Shown here one piece after another: positions 1 to 10,806 of a stretch of DNA of 64,000 nt. The notes beneath the pieces are model-generated. The model saw only the letters and a list, made by a program, of their open reading frames with translations, ran no database searches and was not told where the DNA came from. Each line of letters starts with the position of its first letter. Position 1 is the stretch's first letter. Origin of the DNA: Macrostomum lignano (Eukaryota); contig NIVC01000007.1 in assembly GCA_002269645.1 (NCBI GenBank), positions 44,129-108,128 of the forward strand, written 5' to 3'. The position numbers and the translations under genes are program-made.

Positions 1-1086
1 CGGCACCTCGCAGGCGCAATACTCGAAGCTGATGCCAGCAACCTGCACTCCGCACGACAGGCTCTCCCTGCAGTTGCAGCAGCGGAAGCAGCGCTTGTGG
101 TAGACTTGGGCCATTGCTGGCACTGTGTAGGCGGACGGTCCAGGGCGATGCTGTTGCAGGCCGGACAGACATCTGCCGGCGGCCGCTGTCCTCGGCCAGG
201 TAGGTCGGCGGCACAACGCACGGGTCGTCTTCGAACGGCAGTCGACGCACCGGCGGGTCGTAATAGCGCTCGATTCTGACGCGCCTACGGCTGTCGTCTT
301 TCGGAGTGTAGCAGCAGCGGTTGGTCGCGCACGTTGAGGTCATAGTACTCGCTGTTGCTCACGTTGTCGGGGACAGCAGCGACAGAGGTGGATTGGTCTG
401 TGTTGGACTGCAGCGGGTCCTGTAGTGCGAGCAGATCCCCGCTATTGCACTTGTATCTACTCCATTATAAAATCCACTCCTAATTACATCGCTGAGCTCT
501 ATGTTCAGCTTACTAAATAAAGCCTCATGGGAGGCTCTGGTTGTTGTCTCTTGTGCTGATGCCCTATTGTACATCATATCATAACCCTAGATATTTTTCC
601 CCTGGATTCCACGCAGTGGACCATGAAGCGCACCTTCACAGCGATGGCCTGCACGCGAATCCGCAGTTTAGGCTGCCTAAAGTGACCGTATATGTGCAGG
701 CAGGTGTAGCACAGCACGAAACCGTCAACGGAGACCAGTTTGCGACTATTTGGCACTGATTGGCGGCCGCAACAGTGGCAGCGGGCGCAGCCGTTGCACA
801 CCAGAGTGCCGTCAAGCACCATCACGTGCCAGCTGTCCTGCCGGTGCACCGCGGTGCCGCAGTAACAGTTGAGCCTCCGCATCCTCGGCAGGTCAGGGTT
901 CAACTCGCAACGGCGCAGCGAATCCAACAGGCTCCTGTCGGCGTTCGGATCGTGAAACGTCTTCAACCAGCCGTCTTCGCCAGGTCGCCGAATCCGCTTC
1001 GGTCTGGACGGCTGAGCATTGTCCGAGCTGTCTGTAGAGATGTCCAGCTCGACTCGATTGTTGGCAGATTTGTCGTCCGGAGCCAT
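1..1086 (-). CDS. Cys-rich, LIM-like zinc-finger protein; multi-exon, runs off the left edge
   Basis: The ORF starts at ATG 1086 and contains CYC-x18-CNGC-x2-CHCC-x17-CYTC. Near the left edge one minus frame reads AMAQVYHKRCFRCCNCRESL, matching the H-x2-C-x2-C-x2-C half of a LIM domain. Internal exon boundaries and the frame of 180-470 were not resolved. Confidence 0.45.
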
Positions 1087-2138
1087 TCTGTGTTATCAAA
1101 TTAGCCGAAGTCGCCTTCGAAATGGCTGGCTTTCAAGCAAACAGATTGGCAGCGTAGAAAGTTTTGCCTTTGACTGCAGAAAAGATTTCTCACTGCCTAG
1201 TGAGTGGGGGGGGGGTAACGGCCACAGACAGAAGCTGTAGAAGACATTAGTTGCTAAGCCAAAAGTACACACGCTTAACTCGTCCAAAGCTGTCATGTCA
1301 ATTATTTTCAGTCCAGAAAGTCAACCTGTGATGAAGACTTTTAGTCTCATGTGACCATGAGGAAAAGAGGAATAGATTTAAGAGCAATCAATATTTAATC
1401 TCAGCTTAGTTGGAATGCATGACAGCCGATAAACAGCTTTGGCGTTAAAAAAATTTCAAACCGTTTTATTACATTTAGCTCGTATATGCCAGAAAGATGT
1501 TGATAGTTGCATAAACATTACACAGATATGTATTTTGACTTACTAAATATAGAAATAATGAACAGATAAAAAGCTATTAGATGGAAGGAACTGACAACTT
1601 TTACAAGTCAACATAATCGCTTATAGTCGTAAAGAACTGGGATCGTAAGATAAAAAACGCATTATTCAATTTATAAAAAGTACATCCTACTCACTAAGCA
1701 GATAAAACAGTAGTATATACAACAACAACAGAATCTCAAAGCATTGCCTGTAAACTTTAACTGCGCAAGTTTCAAATGCTGCTTATACTACTTACCGTAG
1801 TTAGTTAGCTCACAAGTAGGTACTGCTTACAGATTCAAAAAGGAACCCCATTTTAAACACGCGATTTCTACATGTGACTTTAACATAGATTTCTAATTTT
1901 CTAAACTATAGGAAAGGCCAAACATATCAAAAGATGAACATTGGTTCCGCCTTCTATTAAAAGCAATAACAGATTTTGAGCTTAAAAATGAAAACTTCCT
2001 ATCTCCGTAATGTATCTTTACGGAAAAACCTGTGTACTACAATTTTAAAAGAAACGAGATTTCCCGTCCTTCTACTTAAGTAGTCCTTGAATCATAATCT
2101 GAATTCCATTTAGTTTCTAACTAGGGAACTTATAAAAA

Positions 2139-2372
2139 GGGGACTGTAGCCTAGTGGTAGACTGTAGACTGAATGGTTGGGGGTTCGATTCCCGACCCAC
2201 TCGGAACAATTTGTGTCCCCGAGCAAGACACGTTTAACTCTGCATTGCTTCAGTTCACCCAGCTGTAAAATGGGTAATTGAGGGTGGTTGTGGCGACCCC
2301 CTCCCAGTCCTTGGACTGAACAGCCGTACACAGTCTCCAGGATGCGCCACGCAATAGCTGCGGCTAAGCTGA
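2139..2372 (+). mobile_element. tRNA-derived CORE-type SINE, copy 1 (part of tRNA head deleted)
   Basis: A box TAGCCTAGTGG and B box GGTTCGATTCC. The central TGTGTCCCCGAGCAAGACACG-TTAAC...CAGTTCACCCAGCTGTAAAATGGG resembles the MIR CORE. The body and tail are shared with the copy at 56555. Confidence 0.75.
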
Positions 2373-2458
2373 CTTTTAATATATATTATTAACTAGGAAG
2401 AAGTTACAGCAGAATTTTACAGACTAAAGTGATACTGTTAACGCAGCAGAGTGGAATA

Positions 2459-2955
2459 TTAAAGTTCAGCCTCCAGGCGGCTGAAACACGATCGGCTCCG
2501 CTGGTCCAGCTGGGCCGCCAGCGCCGCAGCCTCCGCGGCAAACGAGGCATCGCCTGCAGCGATAGCCGCGGTGCCTCCGCCGCCGCCGCCGCCGCCGTGG
2601 CCGCCAACGCAAGTCGGCGCCAGCGAAAGGCAGACGGTGAAATCCGGCGACTCGGTCCAGCAGCCCACCGGCCGAGTGGCATTCAAAGCCAGCCAGTTGT
2701 CGAAGAAATCCGGCTCGCTGCTTTTGGCAAAGCCGAAGCCAAAGTTGGGACTGACAGCTGCGTTGCTAGGCAGGCTGTCGCCCAACAGGCGCGGGTGAAT
2801 ACGGCGACGACTTTGACGATTGCTGACGCTATTGTAGCCGGCTTCGGTGTCGTCATGGCGACCACAGGCGGCACGATAGGCAGCCAGAGAGGCGGCGGCC
2901 ACTGCCGATTCCGGGTCAGGCCAGCCGGCTCTGTGAATTAGTGAGGGTGTGAGAG

Positions 2956-3004
<49 letters not shown>

Positions 3005-3009
3005 CAGTC

Positions 3010-3050
<41 letters not shown>

Positions 3051-3053
3051 TTC

Positions 3054-3104
<51 letters not shown>

Positions 3105-3217
3105 CAGTTAGTTAGTTAGTTAGTTAGTTAGTCAGTTAGTTAGTTAGTTAGTTAGTTAGTCAGTTAGTTAGTTAGTTAGTTAGTTAGTCAGTTAGTTAGT
3201 TAGTTAGTTAGTCAGTC

Positions 3218-3256
<39 letters not shown>

Positions 3257-3257
3257 C

Positions 3258-3288
<31 letters not shown>

Positions 3289-3289
3289 C

Positions 3290-3340
<51 letters not shown>

Positions 3341-3353
3341 CAGTTAGTTAGTC

Positions 3354-3390
<37 letters not shown>

Positions 3391-4151
3391 TTTAGTTAGT
3401 CAGTCAGTTACCAGACCTGTGAGTCATAAATCAAGCCACTAATGCCTCACCTGTGAGTCACCAGCAAAGCCTGATATCCCAGCCGACTCCGCAGGTGCAG
3501 CCGGCTGACTTTCCTGCGCCCATTCATCACCGAAGTAGTTCGCAGCACGCTGTACAACCGGCGGAGCAGGTCCAGGCCGACGGTGACAGTCGCTGGTTCA
3601 ACCGGTACAGCTGGCGGATTTCCAGTCTCCATGGCGCCCAGCAGAGCCACCAGGCCGCGGCCATCGAGGAACAGCGAGTCAGCGTAGGGCACCGCGAACT
3701 CCAGCATCAGCTGAGCGAACTTCGGCTCATCCGACGGCAGCGGAGGCAGCCGCAGGTGGGTCTTCACTCGGCCGCTGGCGGTGAGGAACTCCACCAGGCT
3801 GGACAGGCGATCGCGCAGCAGTCCGGCAGACTGCGGGTGGTCGTGGATGGCCTGAAGGCCCGCCAGCACGAGAAGGTCTGGCTGGAACTGCTCCATGCGG
3901 GACTGAAACGAGCGCAGGCTGGACAGCTGAGCGTTCCACTGACTCCGGCGGAGGGCGTACCAGCTGTGTGCGCCTGTGGCGGGGTCGGCTTGCTCCACTA
4001 GCAGCCTGAGGGGATGGCGATGGGGTTCCTGCTCTGGTGGAATTCTAATGCAGCCAGGCGAACAGACAGACAGACAGTCAGACAGACAGACAGACAGACA
4101 GTCAGTCAGACAGACAGACAGACAGTCAGACAGACAGACAGACAGACAGTC

Positions 4152-4184
<33 letters not shown>

Positions 4185-5072
4185 GTCACACAGACACACA
4201 GACAGTCAGACAGACAGACAGTCAGACAGACAGACACAGCAGCTCACCGGTACTCATCCACATCCACAGCCGAGTCTTTGGTCTCGGCCGCAGCGGCAGC
4301 AAGCGAGACTTCCTCGGCCAGCCGGTGCCGCATGCGCCCGGCCGCCCGGCCAGCCCCGAGCAGCACCTTAAAGCCGAAGCCGGCCAGTGAGTTGGCCAGG
4401 CGAACAGGGCATCCGCCCAGAGACACCCGGTGATGGTGCTGGCTGCCGCGGACGCCACCAGCGGCCGTCAAGTCAGCGACCAGAGCGGCAAACAGGCTGG
4501 CATTGTGAAGGTGCCGCTCAGAGGCCGGCTGACGGCCCGCCGAACGCTGTTGAAAATCCGCCACAATGTCGGAGGCAGTTTCAAGCCTGCGACGGCGGAT
4601 GTGTGGCGGTGTGGGGAAGTTCTTTTAGTTTGTCCAGTCCCCACATACTAGAATATTTAGATATGCTACTTGCAAAAATATGCGTTTATTTTAGTAGCAA
4701 AATTTGCGTTTTTAAAGATAAAAAAGAAACTTTTGAATTTTACCGATCAATCCGTTTGTTATTTGCATCCTTCGTTGCCATGGCAGCGCCTCCGTGAGCA
4801 GCCAGCAACGCCAAGAAGCGATCGGGACTGGCTCGAACGTCCACATTGGCACCGAGACCGACGGCAACCCTGGCTCGCCTGGAATGATCCGCCCGTCTGT
4901 TATCAGCGCTGCTGGCTACGCGAGATAGCGAACTGGCGGTTAAGGCTGCCGCCTTGGCCACGGCCTCCACTGATTGGCTGGCCAGCTGATGGCCCGTCAG
5001 CCAATAGGATGCGAGAAAGGCTAGCAAGGCCGCGGCCACTGCCCAGCATAGCAGGCGCTGCGGGTTGCCCAT
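2459..5072 (-). CDS. ADPGK: ADP-dependent glucokinase-like protein, 4 exons (5072-4744, 4586-4248, 4005-3451, 2930-2459), about 564 aa
   Basis: N-terminal hydrophobic anchor, then RVAVGLGANVDV, ASERHL, KVLLG, DEYRLLVE, FQPDLLVLAGL, SRLHLRS and AAGD, collinear with the ADPGK family. GT-AG junctions keep frame (329+339+555+472 = 1695 nt). Confidence 0.8.
2957..3410. repeat. (TTAG)n microsatellite in ADPGK intron 3
   Basis: Direct reading; occasional TCAG variants. Confidence 0.95.
4062..4237. repeat. (GACA)n microsatellite in ADPGK intron 2
   Basis: Direct reading. Confidence 0.95.
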
Positions 5073-5132
5073 GCAAAAAGAGCGGGAGCGGGCATGGCGT
5101 GGCGTTGGGTATTGAAAAACTAACGGAACGAA

Positions 5133-5383
5133 TTGGCTGAGCCAGATTGGGCCTGCCCCCTAGGCTGATTTTCGTCTGTCTGACTTTCACCTCTATCCTT
5201 TTTGCTTTCTGATTGGCTGAGCCAGATTGGGCCTGCCCCTAGGCTGATTTTCGTCTATCTGACTTTCACCTCTATCCTTTCTGCTCTCTCATTGGCTGAG
5301 CTAGATTGCGCCTGTCCCCTAGGCTGAGTTTCGTCCATCTGACTTTCACCTTACAGCTCTCTCATTGGCTGAGCTAGATTGGG
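5133..5383. repeat. About 79-bp tandem repeat (3+ units) just upstream of the ADPGK start, each unit with a CCAAT on the minus strand
   Basis: Units begin GGCTGAGC(C/T)AGATTG at about 5135, 5215, 5294 and 5367. Confidence 0.85.
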
Positions 5384-5738
5384 CCCAAGGATGATATATA
5401 ACAGCTGGATTGTCAGACTAGCACTAAAGCATGCTTAAATTTTGACCCGCAAATCCCCTTTTTTATGCTCATTGGCTGGAGGGTTTTAAATACACTAGGA
5501 AGATAACAACCTTGCAAACACACCCCTGCATTTATCTCTCTTCCCCCCCGCGAGCCCTCCCGTTCTAGCTAGTTTTCTAACCACCAGGCAATGTTTTTAC
5601 ATAGTTTGGCATAGCAAGTGAGCTAAAAATAGCAGCCAATGAGCTGGAAGCAGGGGTTTGGTGAGTCACATTTTAGGCATATTCAACCCTTATAGATGGA
5701 GTAGTTTGACAATACAGTTGTTATATATCATCCTTGGG
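5384..5738. mobile_element. MITE-like element with imperfect long terminal inverted repeats, inserted into the last tandem unit
   Basis: Left end CCCAAGGATGATATATAACAGCTGGATTGTCAGACTA; the reverse complement of the right end is CCCAAGGATGATATATAACAACTGTATTGTCAAACTA. The interrupted repeat unit resumes after 5738. No clear TSD. Confidence 0.65.
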
Positions 5739-6677
5739 TCTGCCCCCGCTCGCCCCTAAGCTGAGTTTCGTCCGTTTTGCGTTCACTTTTGCACATTGAG
5801 TTAAATGCTTGTTGTTCATTCTTAACCCCACATACTCCTGAGGCTGCAAATCCTGAGGAAAAAAGGAATTTTAACTGTTATATTAAATTTATAAGTGACA
5901 CTGCGCAGACGAACTACTGAACACAGAGTAGACGCTCTACTTTTTCATACTTCACAACGTTAACTGCGATTTATTCTAGTATCTTTGCTAAAACTGGGAG
6001 TCCATGATCGACCAGGAACACCAGTTAAAAAGTACTTTGACTGGCAAGAATAAACAACCGATTTTTCCTGCGCAAAACTAGATTAAGGTCGCAAAACTTA
6101 TTCAATACTAAAAATAGCCTACTCCATTCATCATTAAAACTAAAATAAATCAACAGGAAACAAACAATTAAAAAAATTCTGCCCAACAACCAATAAAAAT
6201 AGTTTAATCTCTGATCTTGCAACAATTCTCTGAATAGAATGAAAACAATATAACCTTCTATTAACAAGCAGAGGTTAGTGAACAAACTTTGGAACACAGA
6301 AGAAGACAAAAAAGAAGACAATGTACAGCAATTTAAATTAAAAACTTAGCGATGAATATTCAATGTAAAAACACTTCACCATGCTACTGTCAGAAAGACA
6401 GCACAAATATTGGTTGCTTTTATAAAAGAAAATTTTGATTTATTATATTTTAACTTTTTTTAAAATTAAACCAGTGACAGATAAAAATCATCAAACAAAA
6501 AATTAAAATTTTTAATAAGCTGATAAATCGATTTGAAACCTCAAGGCTCTGACTGAATATCAGTTCGTTTTGAGGAGGATACAATGGGCAATAAGTGAAA
6601 TAAAAAGGATCTAGATAAAGCAACAGAAACTTCAGGCGACACTTGAGTCTCTGTGGAAGAATTTTTGAGCTTGATCC

Positions 6678-6962
6678 TGGAGCTCAGGTGAGTCTTTGAG
6701 CTCAGGTGAGTCTTTGAGCTCAGGTGAGTCTTGAGTCTTCGAGCTCAGGTGAGTCGTTGAGCTCAGGTGAGTCTTTGAGCTCAGGTGAGCCTTGAGTCTT
6801 CGAGCTCAGGTGAGTCTTTGAGCTCAGGTGAGTCTTTGAGTTCAAGTGAGTCTTTGAGCTCAGGTGAGCCTTGAGTCTTCGAGCTCAGGTGAGTCGTTGA
6901 GCTCAGGTGAGTCGTTGAGCTCAGGTGAGTCTTTGAGCTCAGGTGAGTCTTTGAGCTCAGGT
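6678..6962. repeat. 18-bp minisatellite GAGCTCAGGTGAGTCTTT
   Basis: About 15 units by direct reading; produces the spurious LKDSPE ORFs. Confidence 0.95.
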
Positions 6963-7068
6963 AAATATTTAGCGACAATAAACTTTAAAAAAGAACAAAT
7001 TAAGCATTTCACAAAAATGGACCATTTAGCAATAGGCCATGCTTTTTGCTTAGAACTCCAACTGTAGG

Positions 7069-9499
7069 TCAGTAGATCTGCAACCCGGATGTAGTGGAGC
7101 CATCTAGCCAGGCCAGAGCGTCCTGGCCGTCCACTGGTGGCGCCACAGCCTGACGGCACATCGGGCAGGTTCGCGACTGCGCCAGCCAGCGCAGCAGGCA
7201 GTCCAGACAGAAGGCGTGCTGGCAGGCCAGTCTAACTGGACCGCGCATCAGCTCGCGACAGATCGGGCACTCGTTCGAGTCGGAGCAACCACCGGTGTCG
7301 GAGCTCTTAGTTGACGATTGAGCGGTGTTATTGCCGAATAGCGTTGGGGTTTGGATTAGATTGGCCAGGATCTTGACTAGCGGTATAGCCGAGGTATAGA
7401 GGCTGTGCACCTGCCCGGGGAAGATGTTGTTATTGCTAGGTATAGATGCTACTCTCAGTAGTTGGCTTGCCTTAAGTAAAAAGTTGCCGTAAATATAAAC
7501 ATAAATATTATAAAAGCCGGAAGTTGGTGCAGGGGGTTGGTGCAGATGGCTGGGGGGTTGGTGCAGATGCTGGGGGTTGGTGCAGATGGCTGGGGTTGGT
7601 GCAGATGGCTGGGGGTTGGTGAGGATGGCTGGGGTTGGTGCAGATGGCTGGAAGGGGTTGGTGCAGACGGCTGGGGGGGGTTGGTGCAGACGGCTGGGGG
7701 GGGGGGGTTGGTGCAGACGGCTGGAAGGGGTTGGTGCAGACGGCTGGGGGGGGTTGGTGCAGACGGCTAGGGGATTGGTTAAGATGGCTGGGGGGTTGGT
7801 GAAGATGGCTGGCGGGTTGGTGCAGACGCAGAGTTAATGGTGGATATCTGTAATCAATGCAAGTGTACTCGGAAACAAGAGTTACTGTTATCAAAATTTA
7901 AACATAAAAACGAATTTAAAAATAATCAAACGTAAAAGCAGTAAGCAGAACTCACTTTAAAAATGGCATAGGCAATCACTAGCAGGCTGGTGTAGATACG
8001 TGAGGAGTCGGCTCCGCCGCCAGACACGAGAGTGACATACCAGACTCCGATGGGGACAAACTGTCTGTACAGCTGATAGAATCGTTCCACTATTAAATAA
8101 ATCCGAGTTAGCGACACGCAGGACAGCCTGTCAGACAGCAAGCAGACAGCCGACAGTTTAATCGACATGACAACAAACTTTAGCAGCATATCAGCGACAG
8201 TCACGGTGAACAGCAGGCTCCAGAAGCCGTAGGTTTGCAAATTTGGTGGCAAACAAATCAGACTGAGCCACAATGACTGCTCTTTGAAGAGGTAAATAAC
8301 TAGAAGCACAGTTGCTAGGCAAACTAAGCACAGACAGGCGGCTTGTCTGCGATGCGAGGCCCAGAGGAGGCTGCTAGGTTAACAACTGGCGCTCGACTCC
8401 GACTGATCAGCTTTGTGACGCCTTCGTTGCATTTGGCGAACAGCAGCCACAGGCAGACGAACAGCAGAAGTCCGACCTTGGTTTGGGGGCGTTGTATCGG
8501 GCTTGGCTAGTTCAATAAATTGACAATCGTTTGGCTCTCTTCAAAGTACCCGCGAGTTCAATTCATTTTCCACCTATAGATTATTAATGCATTTCTCAGC
8601 TTCAATATCAATTATCTCAGCATGCACCTCTGCTTAATTTATTTCAAGGTCATGTGCAAAACTGATATAAACGGTACCCAGGCCAAGAAGCGTCCCAGAG
8701 TCAGTTGCAAGTAACGCAGGTAAAATAGGAAAGAAGCGACTCTAGACGAATCCAAAGCGACGAGATGTCGCGGTACAAGTCGCCAATCAAAGTCGTCAAG
8801 GTTCTGCAACCCACGTGACGCGCTCCGCGCTCGTGACTTAAAAGTCGCCTCTCCGTCGCATTACAGTCGCTTGGGTCGTTTCAAAAGTAACAAGAGCCGG
8901 CCCATTGAATCGTTTGCAATGACTCTAGGCGATTCTTGTCATGTTAACGTTTTTCACAAGGATAATTAAGACTTTTCTTGTAAAATTAAAATACACACAC
9001 ACGTGTGCGAACTTCAATAATGACGAGCAGGTCAGAGCCCCTGTACAACACGTGTCCGCGACTCAGAGGTCACAGCGGAATGGGTAACTCTCCATATTTA
9101 TTTACAAGTTAATCATAGCTGAACCCGAGACACGCACTCTCTCACCTTGTGATCGTACAGAAACTTCAAGGCCAACAGCAGAATGAAGGGCAGTGAAGGC
9201 AGCACCGCTTTAGTGACTTGAATAAATGCCTGATTCGGGTTCTGCTGCTGACCAGCTGTTGGATTTGGCGCCGGAGCGCCATTCACAGCGTCGGCAGGGT
9301 TCTCATCGACGGCGCCAATCGTATAGGAGTTACTGTTGTTGCTAGCAGCGTTGTCATGGATATTGTGCGGCAGTTGAGCTAAAAATGGCTCCAAATTCAC
9401 TGACAAAGACGACGGATTTGATGCCGAGGAGCTGGCAGTCGTCGATAGGCTTCTGGCCTCCGGGTCGGAGGCGGACATCCTGCGGCCCAGGTGACGCAT
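7069..9499 (-). CDS. RNFT1: RING finger and transmembrane domain protein (RNFT1/RNFT2 family E3 ligase); exons about 9499-9146, 8476-7956, 7410-7069
   Basis: TM region VTVADMLLKFV...IVERFYQLYRQFVPIGVWY, C3HC4 RING CPIC...CQHAFCLDC...CPMC, and the family C-terminus WLDGSTTSGLQIY. The middle exon is out of frame by one base (see findings). RNFT1 versus RNFT2 is not resolvable. Confidence 0.85.
7520..7825. repeat. About 20-bp G-rich minisatellite (GGGGTTGGTGCAGATGGCTG) in an RNFT intron
   Basis: Direct reading. Confidence 0.9.
8692..8931. mobile_element. MITE-like element of a family with CCCAGAGTC-type termini
   Basis: Starts GTCCCAGAGTCAGTTGCAAG and ends TTTGCAATGACTCTAGGCG (imperfect inverted pair). 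Related sequence at about 14835-15230 and 44968-45083. Confidence 0.5.
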
Positions 9500-9584
9500 G
9501 CATTGGATGGGGATGGTGTTCTTTGAAAATGAGTCTTTGACCTATAAAATTTTGGACTGGAAACTGTTCGACTGAATGTAGCAA

Positions 9585-9925
9585 TCTGGACCGGAAGCTA
9601 CCAGCAGTCCATGCAACCTAACGATAGCATCTGGACTGGAAACTAATCAGCAGTGCATGTAACCTAATGATAGCATCTGGACTGGAAGCTAATCAGCAGT
9701 GCATGTAACCTAATGATAGCATCTGGACTGGAAGCTAATCAGCAGTCCATGTAACCTAACGATAGCATCTGGACTGGAAGCTAACCAGCAGTCCATGTAA
9801 CCTAATGATAGCATCTGGACTGGAAGCTAACCAGCAGTCCATGCAACCTAACGATACCATCTGGACTGGAAGCTAACCAGCAGTCCATGTAACCTAATGA
9901 TACCATCTGGACTGGAAGCTAAGCA
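9585..9925. repeat. 46-bp tandem repeat upstream of the RNFT start
   Basis: About 7 units of CATCTGGACTGGAAGCTAATCAGCAGTCCATGTAACCTAATGATAG. Confidence 0.9.
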
Positions 9926-10806
9926 GATATCTATGTAACTTGATTATAGCATCATCAATGGCAACGCCATCACTATGAGTAGCTAAGAGTGGATCTAATT
10001 TAACTGATTAAAAGCCATTACTAACCGCCTGATGAGGCGCAGGGGAAGCTGCAACAGTGACCGAGAGGATTGAAACTGCAGAAAAAAATATACGCCAATG
10101 AATCTATTTTAAAATAGAAATTGTTTCGCAATATCAATGCCTATGCAATGTCAGATATTAGTTAACGGCGAATAAAAAATTGAACAAGTCAACTCATTTA
10201 TAGCTCGCCGAAAATTTCTACCTGCTACAAATCAAGCGTGTTTACTTTAAGTAGTATAAAAAGGTACTATTTAGTGCAGCGTTACATAAAAATATGAAAA
10301 ATACCTGCAACTGACACTAAATAATTACACATACTGAACAGAGAGAAGCACCAAATATTAATTTTTACATTTTGTCCCTTTACTGATGAAGCCATTATAA
10401 AAATACTTCATTAAATTCTACGCTCGCAATGATATGAGTTTATACAAAACAGTAAAAAAACAAGCATGAAAAAATAGTGTGATATAAGATAGAAAGTTCA
10501 GTTTTATAAAAAGCAATTATAGTATAATTGAGCATGCAATGAATAATTTGAGCTGTGCAAGCTAGCATAATTAGCTAAATAGACTCAAATGCAGACGCCT
10601 GTGGGGTAATTAAAAAGCTGCAAAAAACTTTGTAAGATAAATTTAGAAAGCAATATGCTTGATTTTTCAAATGCCTACTTGAAGTAACACTTAAGCATAT
10701 ATTTACAAGAATAAAAATCAGTTAAGAAATACGAAAGTTTTAGTTAATAACAGGTAGTTAAAAGCACTGAAGAGAAATGACTGAACCGAGTTGAATAAGC
10801 AATTAA

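Noticed and set aside
2957-3410. Telomere-like array
   Set aside because: The unit is TTAG, not TTAGGG or TTAGG, and it lies inside an intron.
6025-6321. 98-aa hydrophobic ORF resembling a membrane protein
   Set aside because: TTG start, T-rich composition explains the hydrophobicity, codon usage unlike the host genes, and no recognisable motif.
10028-10080. CTGATGAG...GAAAC as a second hammerhead
   Set aside because: No closing stem II next to GAAA and no suitable stem III or cleavage triplet.
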